Assembly (NCBI GenBank): GCA_963737395.1
Contig: CAVTSQ010000014.1
Location: forward strand, 55,690-119,689
From: an uncultured Solirubrobacterales bacterium
GTDB lineage: Bacteria; Actinomycetota; Thermoleophilia; Solirubrobacterales; Solirubrobacteraceae
Length of the DNA stretch: 64,000 bases
Direction of reading: 5' to 3'
In this document: one piece after another, positions 10,385 through 21,405 of the stretch
Layout: every line of letters starts with the position of its first letter
Position numbering within the stretch: position 1 is the first letter of the stretch
The notes under the pieces: model-generated
Seen by the model: the letters and a program-made list of their open reading frames with translations, nothing else
Told to the model about the DNA's origin: nothing
The model's database searches: none
Program-made: the position numbers and the translations under genes

Positions 10385-11136
10385 CCGACGATCGCGACGG
10401 CCGCGTCGTGCACGCGCCCGTTGGAGGCCAGCAGCGATCCCTCGGCCCCGATCGCGCCGCCGTCGAGCGCGGTGATGCGGCCGCCCGCCTCCTCGACGAT
10501 GACCTCGAGCGCGGCGATGTCCCAGCGCTTGAGGCCGCCGGGCTCGACGGCCAGCTCGCCCACGCCTTCGGCCACGAGGCAGTAGGGCCAGAAGTCGCCG
10601 TAGCCGCGCGTGCGCTTGGTCGCCGCCTCCAGCGACAGGAAGGCGTCGAGGCGCCCGTGCTTGCGCCAGGCGCCGAGGCCCGAGTGCAGCAGCTCGGCGT
10701 CGGCGAGCTCGTCGATCCGCGAGACCTCGATCGGGACGCCGTCGGCGAAGGCACCCTCGCCGCGCGCCGCCCACCAGCGGCGGCCGAGCGCCGGCGCCGA
10801 GGCGACGCCGACCTCGACGCGGCCGCGCACCTCGAGGCCGATCAGGCAGGCGAACACCGGGCTGCGGCGCAGGAAGTTCTTGGTCCCGTCGAGCGGGTCG
10901 AGCACCCAGCGCCGCTCGGCCTGCTCATCGCCGCCGCCCTCCTCGCCGAGCACGGCGTCGCCGGGACGCCGCTGGGCGATCGCCGCGCGCAGCGCCTCCT
11001 CGGTCTCCTTGTCGACGGCCGAGACCGGCGTGCCGTCGGGCTTGGTCTCCACGCCGCGCGGGTCGCCGAGCCCCTCGAGCAGGCGCAGGTCGGCGAGGTC
11101 GGCCAGCTCCAGGGCGAGTTCGAGGTCGGGGTGCAC
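10381..11136 (-). CDS. hisN: Inositol-monophosphatase-family histidinol-phosphatase
   Basis: Intact 251-aa ORF with WVLDPLDGTKNF, YGDFWPYCLVAEG and RWDIAAL motifs. The overall pattern is typical of actinobacterial HisN. Confidence 0.7.
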   Translation of the reverse strand: MHPDLELALELADLADLRLLEGLGDPRGVETKPDGTPVSAVDKETEEALRAAIAQRRPGDAVLGEEGGGDEQAERRWVLDPLDGTKNFLRRSPVFACLIGLEVRGRVEVGVASAPALGRRWWAARGEGAFADGVPIEVSRIDELADAELLHSGLGAWRKHGRLDAFLSLEAATKRTRGYGDFWPYCLVAEGVGELAVEPGGLKRWDIAALEVIVEEAGGRITALDGGAIGAEGSLLASNGRVHDAAVAIVG

Positions 11137-11191
11137 GGGCGCATCGTCGCATCGATCCCCCGGCCGGCGCGGTCCCGGTAGCTTCCCGGCG

Positions 11192-11566
11192 ATGGACGGC
11201 CTCGAGCTGGTGGGCTTCGTCGGCGTCTCGGACCTCGAGGTCGCGGGACGCTTCTACGGCGAGGTGCTCGGCCTCGAGTCCGCCGGGGTCTCGCCCTACG
11301 CCGCCGTGTTCGACGTCGGCGGCACGCAGCTGCGGGTGACCCTCGTCCACGACGTCGCGCCCGTTCCCTACACGGTGCTCGGCTGGAAGGTCGCCGACGT
11401 GACCGCCGCCGTGCGCGACCTGCGCGAGCGCGGGGTCGAACTCCTGCGGCCCGCCGGCCTCGAGCAGGACGCCGACGACATCTGGACGGCGCCTGGCGGC
11501 GCGCGCATCGCGTGGTTCCACGACCCGGACGGCAACACGCTCTCGCTGCAAGAGGAACCGAGCTAG
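11192..11566 (+). CDS. VOC (glyoxalase/bleomycin-resistance/dioxygenase) family protein
   Basis: This is the tail of ORF 10610..11566 from the ATG at 11192: MDGLELVGFVGVSDLEVAGRFYGEVLGL...IAWFHDPDGNTLSLQE. That is a typical VOC beta-alpha-beta-beta-beta module. Confidence 0.7.
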   Translation: MDGLELVGFVGVSDLEVAGRFYGEVLGLESAGVSPYAAVFDVGGTQLRVTLVHDVAPVPYTVLGWKVADVTAAVRDLRERGVELLRPAGLEQDADDIWTAPGGARIAWFHDPDGNTLSLQEEPS

Positions 11567-13542
<1,976 letters not shown>

Positions 13543-13552
13543 GCTGATCTCG

Positions 13553-14671
13553 ATGCCCGTGCGCGCCACCCCGCGAGGCGAAGACCGGACCTCGCTCGAG
13601 GGCACGCAGGCCGACGTGCTGATCTGCGGCGCGAGCTTCGCCGGGTTGGCCGTCGCCCGGGAGCTCGCCGGCGCCGGGGCCGACGTGCTCGTGGTCGACC
13701 GCTACGAGCTCGGCGAGCGGGCCACCTCGGCCTGCGCCGCGCCGACCCCGTGGCTACGGGCGATGGGCGCGGGCGACGCGATCCGCGAGGAGCTCCCGGC
13801 AATGCGCTTCGGCACGCCGCACGGCTCACATCGCTACCGCCTGCCGTGGACCTGGTCTTCGTTCGACTACCGCGAGCTGTGCCGCGCGCTGTGGGCGCAG
13901 TGCGGCGACGCGCGGCTGGTCTGCGCCAAGGTCGAGGCTCGCACGCCCGGCGGCGTGCGCACCGACCGCGGCGAGCTCTCGGCCGAGCTCGTCGTCGACG
14001 CGCTCGGCTGGCGTCGCGTGCTCGACCGCGACGGCTACCAGCCACCCGACGCGCCGCTCTCCCGCGGGCTCGAGGTCCACCCCCACTCCGCCGACGGCCG
14101 CGACCTCGACGTGTGGGTCGACCGGTCGATCGTCCGCGAGGGCTACGCCTGGCAGGTCCCGGCCGCCGGCGAGCAACGGGTCGGCGTCGGGTCCTACGCG
14201 CCGCGCGATCACGTCAAGGAGCCCACGCGGGACTTCGCGCAGCGCCTCGGGATGGAGCCCGAGCGCTGGCAGGGCAACTGGTTCCCGCACCGGCTCCGCG
14301 CCGCCGCGGACGAGCGGACGTTCTTCGCCGGCGACGCGGCCGGCCACTGCCTGCCGCTGTCGGGCGAGGGGATCCGCACCGCCTTCCACTTCGGGATCGC
14401 GTGCGGTCGCGAGCTGCGCGGGGTGCTCGACGGGCGGCAGTCGGCCGAGCTGGCCCGCGAGCGCTACGCCGCGTTCTCGGCGTCGCACGCACGCGCGTAC
14501 GCGCGGCTGCTGCGCGCCCAGCGGCTCGTCCCGCGTGTGCCGCCGCGCCTCCTCGCGCTGGCGCTGCGGATCGGCGCCCACCCCGCCATCGTGCGGCGGG
14601 TGTTCACCTGGTACCTCGACGTCGCGCCGCCTCCGGTGGCCGAGCGGCAAACCGCGCCCGTCGTCTCGTGA
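13553..14671 (+). CDS. NAD(P)/FAD-dependent oxidoreductase, geranylgeranyl-reductase family
   Basis: Intact, from M at 13553 within ORF 13436..14671. It has the dinucleotide fold DVLICGASFAGLAVARELAGAGADVLVVDR and the FFAGDAAGHCLPLSGEGI motif. Confidence 0.65.
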   Translation: MPVRATPRGEDRTSLEGTQADVLICGASFAGLAVARELAGAGADVLVVDRYELGERATSACAAPTPWLRAMGAGDAIREELPAMRFGTPHGSHRYRLPWTWSSFDYRELCRALWAQCGDARLVCAKVEARTPGGVRTDRGELSAELVVDALGWRRVLDRDGYQPPDAPLSRGLEVHPHSADGRDLDVWVDRSIVREGYAWQVPAAGEQRVGVGSYAPRDHVKEPTRDFAQRLGMEPERWQGNWFPHRLRAAADERTFFAGDAAGHCLPLSGEGIRTAFHFGIACGRELRGVLDGRQSAELARERYAAFSASHARAYARLLRAQRLVPRVPPRLLALALRIGAHPAIVRRVFTWYLDVAPPPVAERQTAPVVS

Positions 14672-15297
14672 CCGATCCCGCTCGCGAGCTCTTCGAGCAG
14701 GCCGACGGGCTGCTCGTCGACCTCGACGGAACCCTCGTCGACTCGACCGAGGCCGTGCGCCGCGCGTGGGGCGACTTCGCCGAGCGCCAGGGCCTCGACG
14801 TCGACGAGATGGTCCACAAGGCCCAGGGCCGCCCGTCGCGCGAGACGGTCGCCCGGTACGCCGCGCCGGAGGACCGGGAGCGCGAGGCCGAGCGCATGGA
14901 GGAGGCCGAGACGACCGACACCGACGGCATCCGCGCGCTGCCCGGCGCCGCCGAGCTGCTCGCGTCCGACCGCCGGATCGCGCTCGTCACCTCGTGCACG
15001 GTGGCGCTGGCCCGCGCCCGGCTGGGCGCGGCCGGCCTCCCGATGCCCGACACCTTCGTCACCGCCGACGACGTCGAGAACGGCAAGCCCGACCCCGAGC
15101 CGTTCCTGCTCGGCGCCGAGCGCCTCGGGCTGGCGCCCGAGCGCTGCGTCGCGCTCGAGGACGCCTCGGCCGGCGTCACCTCCGCGCGCGCCGCCGGCGT
15201 CCCGGTCATCGCGCTCCGCACGACGCACGACGAGGCCGAGCTCCCCGGGGCCGACGCGTTCGCCGACGACGTCGCCGCGCTGCTCGCGTCGGACTAG
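14668..15297 (+). CDS. HAD-superfamily hydrolase (beta-phosphoglucomutase/phosphatase-like)
   Basis: The GTG start at 14668 forms a GTGA overlap with the upstream stop. Motifs present are LLVDLDGTLVDS, VTSC, GKPDPEPF and LEDASAGV. Confidence 0.8.
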   Translation: MTDPARELFEQADGLLVDLDGTLVDSTEAVRRAWGDFAERQGLDVDEMVHKAQGRPSRETVARYAAPEDREREAERMEEAETTDTDGIRALPGAAELLASDRRIALVTSCTVALARARLGAAGLPMPDTFVTADDVENGKPDPEPFLLGAERLGLAPERCVALEDASAGVTSARAAGVPVIALRTTHDEAELPGADAFADDVAALLASD

Positions 15298-15358
15298 CTC
15301 CTGAGCCGCCCGGTCGGGGACAGCCCAGGCAGGGTCCGCGCCACCGGCGGCGAAGCCG

Positions 15359-15922
15359 GTGCGAATGTCCTCCCGTCTTCGCGTCGTCCTGCTGGTCGCG
15401 CTCCTCTCCCTCGTCGCCACGTCGACCGCTGACGCCGCCACCCTCGGCGTGCGGCCGCTCAAACGCGGCAAGCGCGGCGGCGACGTGAAGGTCCTCCAGC
15501 AGCTGCTGACCCGCCAGGGTTTCCGCCCGGGCGGGGTCGACGGGGTGTTCGGGAAGCAGACGGGCCGCGCCGTGCGGCGCATGCAGCGGCGCCGCCGTCT
15601 GACCGTCGACGGCGTCGTCGGGCCGCAGACCGTCCGTGGCCTGGCCGTCGTCTGGCGCCGCCACACGGCGACCTACTACGGCCCGGGCCTGTGGGGCAAC
15701 CACCTCGCCTGCGGCGGGAAGCTGCGCCACCGGACCGTCGGGATCGCCCACCGCTCGCTGCCGTGCGGGGCCCGCGTCCCCGTCTACCACGACGGGCGCC
15801 TGGCCTACTTCCGCGTGATCGACCGGGGCCCCTACACCTCCGGCGTCTCCCTGGACCTGACGAAGGCGGCCGCCCGCAAGCTGCGGATGAGCACGACCTC
15901 GGCCGTCCGGGCGAACTACTGA
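15359..15922 (+). CDS. Secreted peptidoglycan-binding domain + RlpA-like double-psi beta-barrel protein
   Basis: Intact 187-aa ORF. It has a signal peptide (LLVALLSLVATSTADA), a PG_binding_1-like segment (GDVKVLQQLL...VDGVFGKQT) and a DPBB segment (ATYYGPG...IAHRSLPCG...VIDRGPY). Confidence 0.75.
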   Translation: MRMSSRLRVVLLVALLSLVATSTADAATLGVRPLKRGKRGGDVKVLQQLLTRQGFRPGGVDGVFGKQTGRAVRRMQRRRRLTVDGVVGPQTVRGLAVVWRRHTATYYGPGLWGNHLACGGKLRHRTVGIAHRSLPCGARVPVYHDGRLAYFRVIDRGPYTSGVSLDLTKAAARKLRMSTTSAVRANY

Positions 15923-15985
15923 CGCCGAACGGGCTGGCCGGATAGCCCATTGAGACCCGGGCGTCCAGGGCGTACCGTCGGCGCA

Positions 15986-16004
15986 GCGGTGGCAGTGCCA
16001 CCGC
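15986..16004. promoter_or_regulatory. Perfect 9-1-9 palindrome GCGGTGGCA-G-TGCCACCGC in the 247-bp intergenic region
   Basis: Read directly from the sequence. It lies 64 bp after the RlpA-like stop and 166 bp before the next start. More hairpins follow, at about 16120-16160. Function is unknown (operator or RNA stem). Confidence 0.3.
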
Positions 16005-16169
16005 GCCGGTCGCCAGCGCGGGACCCGGCGTCGACGCCTGACGCGGCGCGCCGAGATCGAGCCTTTCACGAGGGAGACCCTCTCCGCCCTGTGCGGACGT
16101 CCCCGCGTCCTTCTCACCCCGGGATCCGGGGGTGTCTGAGAAACGGCGACACCTGAGGAGAACACCCGC

Positions 16170-17447
16170 ATGACCGTCCCTCGCCCACGCCTGAAGCTCG
16201 GGCTGCTCGCGCTCCCCCTCGTGACGCTCGTCGCCCTCGCCGCGCCGCCGGTCTCCGACGCGGCGGCGCCGCGATCCGCGATCGTCGTCCAGACCGTCAA
16301 GGTCGGCGCGCCCGGCAACCCGTCGGCGGCCGTCGTGCCGTTCACCGACGCGATCTACCCGTCCTGCGCCGACGCCCCCCGGCCCCACCGGCTGCCTCGC
16401 GGTCGGCGGCGTCAAGCACCGCTACGGGATCGGCCGGCTCGAGGTCACCGTCAAGCAGTGGGTCGCGTTCCTGAACACGGCCGATCCGAACGGCCGCGAC
16501 CCCCACGACCTCTACGACCGGACCGAGAGCGCCACGCGCCTGGCCGAAGTACGGCCAGATCGACAAGGCCCGCAAGGCCCGCCAGCGGCCACCACTACTC
16601 CGTGGCCTATCCCGCCTGGGCCGACAAGCCCTACGGCTTCGCGAACTTCCTGCGCGCGGCGCGCTTCGTCAACTCGCTCTACAACGGCGGGCTGATCTCC
16701 AAGGCCGCCGAGCGGGCCGGCGGCGTCGCCCGGGTCACCTACAAGGTGAGGCTCTCGCCGAAGACCGAGCGCGGGATGTACGACCTCGACCGCCACAAGC
16801 GCACCGGCGCGACCCGCGCGCGCAAGACCGGCTTCGTCGTCCCCAGCCAGGACGAGTGGATCAAGGCGGCCTACTACGACCCCAGCGGCGGCGGCACCGA
16901 CTCCTACTGGAAGTACCCGACCAACGCCGGCGTGTTCGGCGACGGCACCGCGACCGCGCCCGCCGCCGACGACGCTGAACCCGACGACCGGCGACGTCAC
17001 CAACGCCGCGACGCAGCCGGTGGCGACCTACCACGCCAAGGGCCTGCCGGCCCCGACCTGGTGCCCGGCGCGATCCAGCCCCAGAGCGACTGCTCGAGCG
17101 TCAACCCCTTCGGGCTCGACGCGACCACTACGCCGAGGCCTACCAGGGCAGCCTCGGCACGGTCGGCCAGGCCAAGACCACCTCGCCCTGGGGCACGCTG
17201 GACCAGGGCGGCAACGCGGTCGAGTGGACCGACACGATCACTCCGCCGCCGGCCGGCAAGGGCGGCGGCCGCGTGTGGCGCCGTCTGCACGGCGGCGTTC
17301 CCAACGCCCCCGGCTACCAGATGTGGCTCTCGGCGGTCGGCCTCCAGCCCGCAGGACAACCGCTTCTTCAAGCTGACCTACCCCTGGCTCGGCTTCCGCA
17401 TCGGCGTCGTCGGGACCCTCGTCAAGAAGGCCGCGCGCCGCGGCTGA
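16170..17447 (+). CDS. Secreted formylglycine-generating-enzyme-family (SUMF1/FGE-sulfatase domain) protein; heavily frame-disrupted (about 5-6 switches)
   Basis: It starts with the signal peptide MTVPRPRLKLGLLALPLVTLVALAAPPVSDA. Recognisable pieces in three frames are YGIGRLEVTVKQWVAFLNTADPNG, HHYSVAYPAWADKPYGFANFLRAARFVN, GTLDQGGNAVEWTD and YPWLGFRIGVV. Confidence 0.6.
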   Translation: MTVPRPRLKLGLLALPLVTLVALAAPPVSDAAAPRSAIVVQTVKVGAPGNPSAAVVPFTDAIYPSCADAPRPHRLPRGRRRQAPLRDRPARGHRQAVGRVPEHGRSERPRPPRPLRPDRERHAPGRSTARSTRPARPASGHHYSVAYPAWADKPYGFANFLRAARFVNSLYNGGLISKAAERAGGVARVTYKVRLSPKTERGMYDLDRHKRTGATRARKTGFVVPSQDEWIKAAYYDPSGGGTDSYWKYPTNAGVFGDGTATAPAADDAEPDDRRRHQRRDAAGGDLPRQGPAGPDLVPGAIQPQSDCSSVNPFGLDATTTPRPTRAASARSARPRPPRPGARWTRAATRSSGPTRSLRRRPARAAAACGAVCTAAFPTPPATRCGSRRSASSPQDNRFFKLTYPWLGFRIGVVGTLVKKAARRG

Positions 17448-17456
17448 GACGAACGG

Positions 17457-18380
17457 CTAGGCCGCGACCCGCTGGCGCGCGGCCGGGCCGACCGACTCGC
17501 GCTCGACCTGGCGCTCGGCGGGGATGCGGACGACGTCGCGGGCCAGGCCGAGCTTCTCCATCACCCAGATGATCGCCGCCGAGGGATCGAGCTCGCGGCG
17601 GCGCAGGCCATGCACCGCCGAGCGCGGGAAGGCGTGGTGGTTGTGGTGCCAGCCCTCGCCGAGCGAGACGAGCGCGACGATCCAGTTGTTGCGGCTCTCG
17701 TCCTCGGTCACGAAGCGGCGCGTGCCGTACATGTGGCAGATCGAGTTGACGCTCCAGGTCGCGTGGTGCTGGAGGAAGATCCGCACGAGGCCGCCCCACA
17801 GGAAGGCGGTGAAGCCGGCCCACAGCGAGCCCCCGGAGAGCACGAAGCCGAGGGCGAACGGGATCGCCAGCCCGAGCAGCACCCAGGCGATGAAGTGGCG
17901 GTCGACCCAGCGGATCACCGGGTCGTCGCGCAGGTCGCGAGCGAACTTGCGCGCCGAGGCGCGGTCCTTGCGGTCGAACAGCCAGCCGGTGTGCGAGTGC
18001 CACCAGCCCTCGAACACGCCGCGGACGCCGGTGGTCTCGTGCAGGTGCGGCGAGTGCGGGTCGCCGTCCTCGTCGGTGAAGGCGTGGTGCTTGCGGTGAT
18101 CGGCGACCCAGTGGATCGGCGCGCCCTGGAGCGACATCGACCCGAAGATCGCCAACAGCGCGCGGACCGGGACCGGCGCGTCGAACGAACGGTGCGTGAG
18201 CATCCGGTGGTAGCCGATCGTGATGCCGAAGCCCGTGGGCAGGTACATGATCACGAGGATCAGCAGGTCCAGGCCGCTGACGAGGCCGCCCCAGAGCAGG
18301 ACGATCGCCGCCAGGAAGCCGACGAACGGGACGATCACGGCCGCGATCGTGATGCGGCGCTCGAGGGCACTCATGGTCAT
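17457..18380 (-). CDS. Acyl-CoA (stearoyl-CoA-type) fatty-acid desaturase
   Basis: Intact 307-aa ORF with the three histidine boxes HRMLTH, HRKHH and HNHHAF, plus four TM segments. Confidence 0.85.
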   Translation of the reverse strand: MTMSALERRITIAAVIVPFVGFLAAIVLLWGGLVSGLDLLILVIMYLPTGFGITIGYHRMLTHRSFDAPVPVRALLAIFGSMSLQGAPIHWVADHRKHHAFTDEDGDPHSPHLHETTGVRGVFEGWWHSHTGWLFDRKDRASARKFARDLRDDPVIRWVDRHFIAWVLLGLAIPFALGFVLSGGSLWAGFTAFLWGGLVRIFLQHHATWSVNSICHMYGTRRFVTEDESRNNWIVALVSLGEGWHHNHHAFPRSAVHGLRRRELDPSAAIIWVMEKLGLARDVVRIPAERQVERESVGPAARQRVAA

Positions 18381-18447
18381 GTCTCAGAGTCTGCGCGCAG
18401 GAACGCTCCGCCGATCGCGCATTCGTTCGCCGTCAGGGACGCCGTTC

Positions 18448-18464
18448 TTGTGCGCAACGCACAA
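18448..18464. promoter_or_regulatory. 7-3-7 palindrome TTGTGCG-CAA-CGCACAA between the sensor-kinase gene and the desaturase gene
   Basis: Read directly from the sequence. It lies 20 nt after the upstream stop and about 70 nt before the desaturase start. No U-tract follows on the transcribed strand. Candidate operator or RNA hairpin. Confidence 0.25.
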
Positions 18465-18484
18465 AAACGCGCTGGTGCGGCAGC

Positions 18485-19924
18485 TCAGGCCGGCGGCAGC
18501 AGCCGCGTCAGGCTGACCGCGAGGTCCTCGTCGCCCAGGCGCCGGGCGCGTACGTCGAGGCGGCGCACCTCGCCGGAGTCGCGGTCGGTGAGGACGAGCA
18601 CGGTCGGTTCGGCCTCGAGCCCCCGGGCGGCGCGCCGGCCCGGGACGTCGTCGAGCATCAGCGGCGTGCCGTCGTCGCGGGTCATCGTCCAGCGGGCGGC
18701 GATCTCGCCGGGCGCGGCGTCGAGCACCTCGTGGGCCGAGAGCAGGCCGAGGACGTTCGCGGCCGCGTCGTTGGTGTAGAGGGTGCGACCGTCGGAGTCG
18801 TGGACGGTGACCCCGACGTCGAGCGCGTCGAGGATCCGCTCGAAGCGCTGCCGCGTGCGCGCCAGGTCGGCCGCGAGGCGCGTCGTGGCCAGCGCGCCCG
18901 CGGCGCGGTCGGCGATGTCGGCGGCGAACTCCTCGGTCGCGTCGGTGAACGGCCCGCGATCGGCCCGCACGCCGATGTGCAGCAGGCCGAGGACCTGCTC
19001 GCCGGCGACGAGCGGCAGCACCATCCACCAGCGGATCCCGGTGGCGGCCATCCGCCGGGCGTCCTCCTGCGTGGCGGTGATCAGGTCGATGTGCTCCGGA
19101 GTGAGCTCGACCGTCCGCGGCCGGCGCTCGGCGAGCGTCTGCCGCGTCGCCGAGGCCCCGGCGCTGTGGCGGGGCTGGAGCGTGGCCAGCCAACGCGACG
19201 AGGCGCCGCCGTCGCGGGCGTCGATGCGGCCCGCGATCCGGCGCGGGACGCCGTACTCGTCGACGATGTCGATCGCGGACGCATCGGCCACCCCGGGCAC
19301 GAGGACGTCGACGAGCCGCTCGAGGCCCTGGCGCGGCCAGCCGTCGCCGGACACGATCCGGGCGACCTCGGCGAGCACCTCGTAGCGGCGTCCGGGAGCG
19401 ACATCGGGCCGCCCGCCGCGGACGCCCGCCGCGGCGAAGGTCATGCACACCTCGGTGCCGACGCCGCCCGGTCCCTCGCGGATGTCCAGGGTGTCGGCGA
19501 CGCGGCCCATCGTCGGCAGGCCGAGGCCGAGTCCCGGGGAGTCGGTGCGGGGGCGCATGCCGACGCCGTCGTCGCAGACGCGGATCGTGAGCTCGTCGGT
19601 CTCGGCGCCGGCCTCGACGACCAGGGTGCCGCGCTCGCGCCCGATGAAGGCGTGCAGGACCGCGTTGGTCGAGGCCTCGGTCACGCACAGCGCGATCGCG
19701 TCCACCGTCTCCTGGTCGGCCCCGCAGGCGGTCGCGAAGTCACGCACCGCGCGGCGGACGTGCGGGACCGAGGCGATGCGCGCGTCGAAGCGCCACTCGC
19801 CCCGGCCAGGCGGAGTCGATTCGCTGCGGCGACTGCCCTTCGCCATGTTCATGCTCGTGGCGCGGCCGAACCCGCCCAAGCGGACGATTCGGCCACGGCG
19901 CGAGGATCCCCCGGTCTCGCACAC
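18485..19924 (-). CDS. RsbW/SpoIIAB-type serine-kinase (HATPase_c_2) domain fused to C-terminal GAF and PAS sensor domains
   Basis: Intact 479-aa ORF; the start may instead be MNMAKG at 19852. The N-box is VTEASTNAVLHAF, the G1 box is DDGVGM and the G2 box is GLGLGLP. A GAF-like region follows (..WWMVLPLVAGEQVLGLLHIG..), then a PAS-like region (RFERILDALDVGVTVHDSDGRTLYTNDAAANVLG). Confidence 0.7.
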   Translation of the reverse strand: MCETGGSSRRGRIVRLGGFGRATSMNMAKGSRRSESTPPGRGEWRFDARIASVPHVRRAVRDFATACGADQETVDAIALCVTEASTNAVLHAFIGRERGTLVVEAGAETDELTIRVCDDGVGMRPRTDSPGLGLGLPTMGRVADTLDIREGPGGVGTEVCMTFAAAGVRGGRPDVAPGRRYEVLAEVARIVSGDGWPRQGLERLVDVLVPGVADASAIDIVDEYGVPRRIAGRIDARDGGASSRWLATLQPRHSAGASATRQTLAERRPRTVELTPEHIDLITATQEDARRMAATGIRWWMVLPLVAGEQVLGLLHIGVRADRGPFTDATEEFAADIADRAAGALATTRLAADLARTRQRFERILDALDVGVTVHDSDGRTLYTNDAAANVLGLLSAHEVLDAAPGEIAARWTMTRDDGTPLMLDDVPGRRAARGLEAEPTVLVLTDRDSGEVRRLDVRARRLGDEDLAVSLTRLLPPA

Positions 19925-20008
19925 ATTTCCTGCAGACTACCCCGGGCCCCGGCGCGTTCATGCCGTCACGACGGGCGAATCGACGATCTGACGATCTCCG
20001 ACTAATGC

Positions 20009-21363
20009 CTATGACAACAGCAGCACGGCGCCGGGATTCAGCGTCGCCTCCGGGTCCAGCGCGCGCTTGATCGCAGTGATCGCGGCGAGCTCGGGCGCCG
20101 GCCGCTGACGGGCCAGCCACGCCGCCTTCGCCACCCCGACGCCGTGCTCGGCGGAGATCGTCCCGCCGAGCTCGAGCACGAGCCCGAGCACCGCGTCGTC
20201 GGGAGCCTCGTCGTCGGGCGCCGGGCCGAGCAGGTTGACGTGCACGTTGCCGTCGCCGAGGTGGCCGAAGAGGATCGTCCGGGCGCCGGGCGCGGCCTCC
20301 TGCACCACGCCGGGCACGCGCTCGAGAAATTCCCCGAGGCGGGCCAGCGGGACGCCGACGTCGAGCTTGTGCGGGACCCCGGCCGCGGCGATCGCCTCGG
20401 CGTGGCCCTCGCGCACCCGCCACAGCCGCTCGCGCGAGGCCGTGTCGTCGGCGACGGCGGCGACCTCGTCCAGTCCGGCGGCGCCGAGCGCCTCGGCGAG
20501 CTCCGGGGTCGGGTCCTCGGTGGCCGCGCATTCGATCAGCAGGTAGATCGGCGCGCGCTGCGGCACCGGCGGACCGGAGACGTCGTCGAGGTGCTCGACG
20601 ACGAGGTCGAGGCCCTCGGGCAGGAAGAACTCGACGGCCTCGAGCGACGGCAGGCCCGCCCGCAGGTCGCCGAGCAGCGCCGCCGCGCTCGCGACGGACT
20701 CCATCGGGACGAGCGCCGCCACCCGCGCCGGCAGCCGGGGCACGAGGCGCCAGCGCACGCGCGGTGATCACGCCGAGCGTGCCCTCCGATCCGACGAGCA
20801 GAGCGGGCAGGTCGTAGCCGGCGTTGTCCTTGAGCAGTCCCGACATGCGCTCGACGACCGAGCCGTCGGCGAGGACCGCCTCGAGGCCGGCCACCCGGGC
20901 CCGGGCCGTGCCGTGGCGCAGGGCGCGCGCCCCGCCGGCGTCGCAGGCCACGGCGCCGCCGACGGTGGCGGTGTCGCGGGCGGCGAAGTCGAGGCCCGCG
21001 TCGAGCCCGGCGGTGCGGGCGTGGGCCTGGAGCGCGGCCAGGGTGACCCCGGCGCCGGCGTCGACCTGGGCGGTGGCGCGGTCGACGTCGCCGAGCGCGT
21101 CCAGCCGGGTCAGCGACAGCACGACCTCGCCCCGCGCGGCACGCGCCGCCGACCAGCCCGGTGTTGCCGCCCTGGGGCACGAGCGCGGCGCCGTGCTCGG
21201 CGCAGGCCCGCACGACGGCGGCCACCTCCGGGGTCGTGCCGGGGCGCACGACGGCCGCGGCCTCGCCGCCGAAACGGCCGGTCCAGTCGGTCTCGTAGCC
21301 CGCGCGGACGTCGGGGTCGGTCAGGACGTGGGACTCGCCGACGGCGTCGGCGAGCGCGGACAT
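20009..21363 (-). CDS. FAD-linked oxidase (GlcD / D-2-hydroxyacid dehydrogenase family); frame-disrupted (2 indels near 21140 and 20760)
   Basis: The N-terminus MSALADAVGESHVLTD...VVRPGTTPEVAAVVRACAEHGAALVPQGGNTGLVGG lies in ORF 20536..22032. The middle ..VGGAVACDAGGARALRHGT...DNAGYDLPALLVGSEGTLGVIT lies in ORF 19740..21122. The C-terminal ORF 20009..20758 contains ..GHLGDGNVHVN...ISAEHGVG.. Confidence 0.75.
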
Positions 21364-21405
21364 CAGCGCGGGAGAGCAGCGACACAGGCGGCTAGTTCCC
21401 AGCCC

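Noticed and set aside
15923-16169. Cyclic-di-AMP (ydaO-type) riboswitch, which often precedes actinobacterial cell-wall hydrolase genes
   Set aside because: I could not recognise the conserved ydaO core elements by eye. The hairpins are reported only as an unclassified structured leader.
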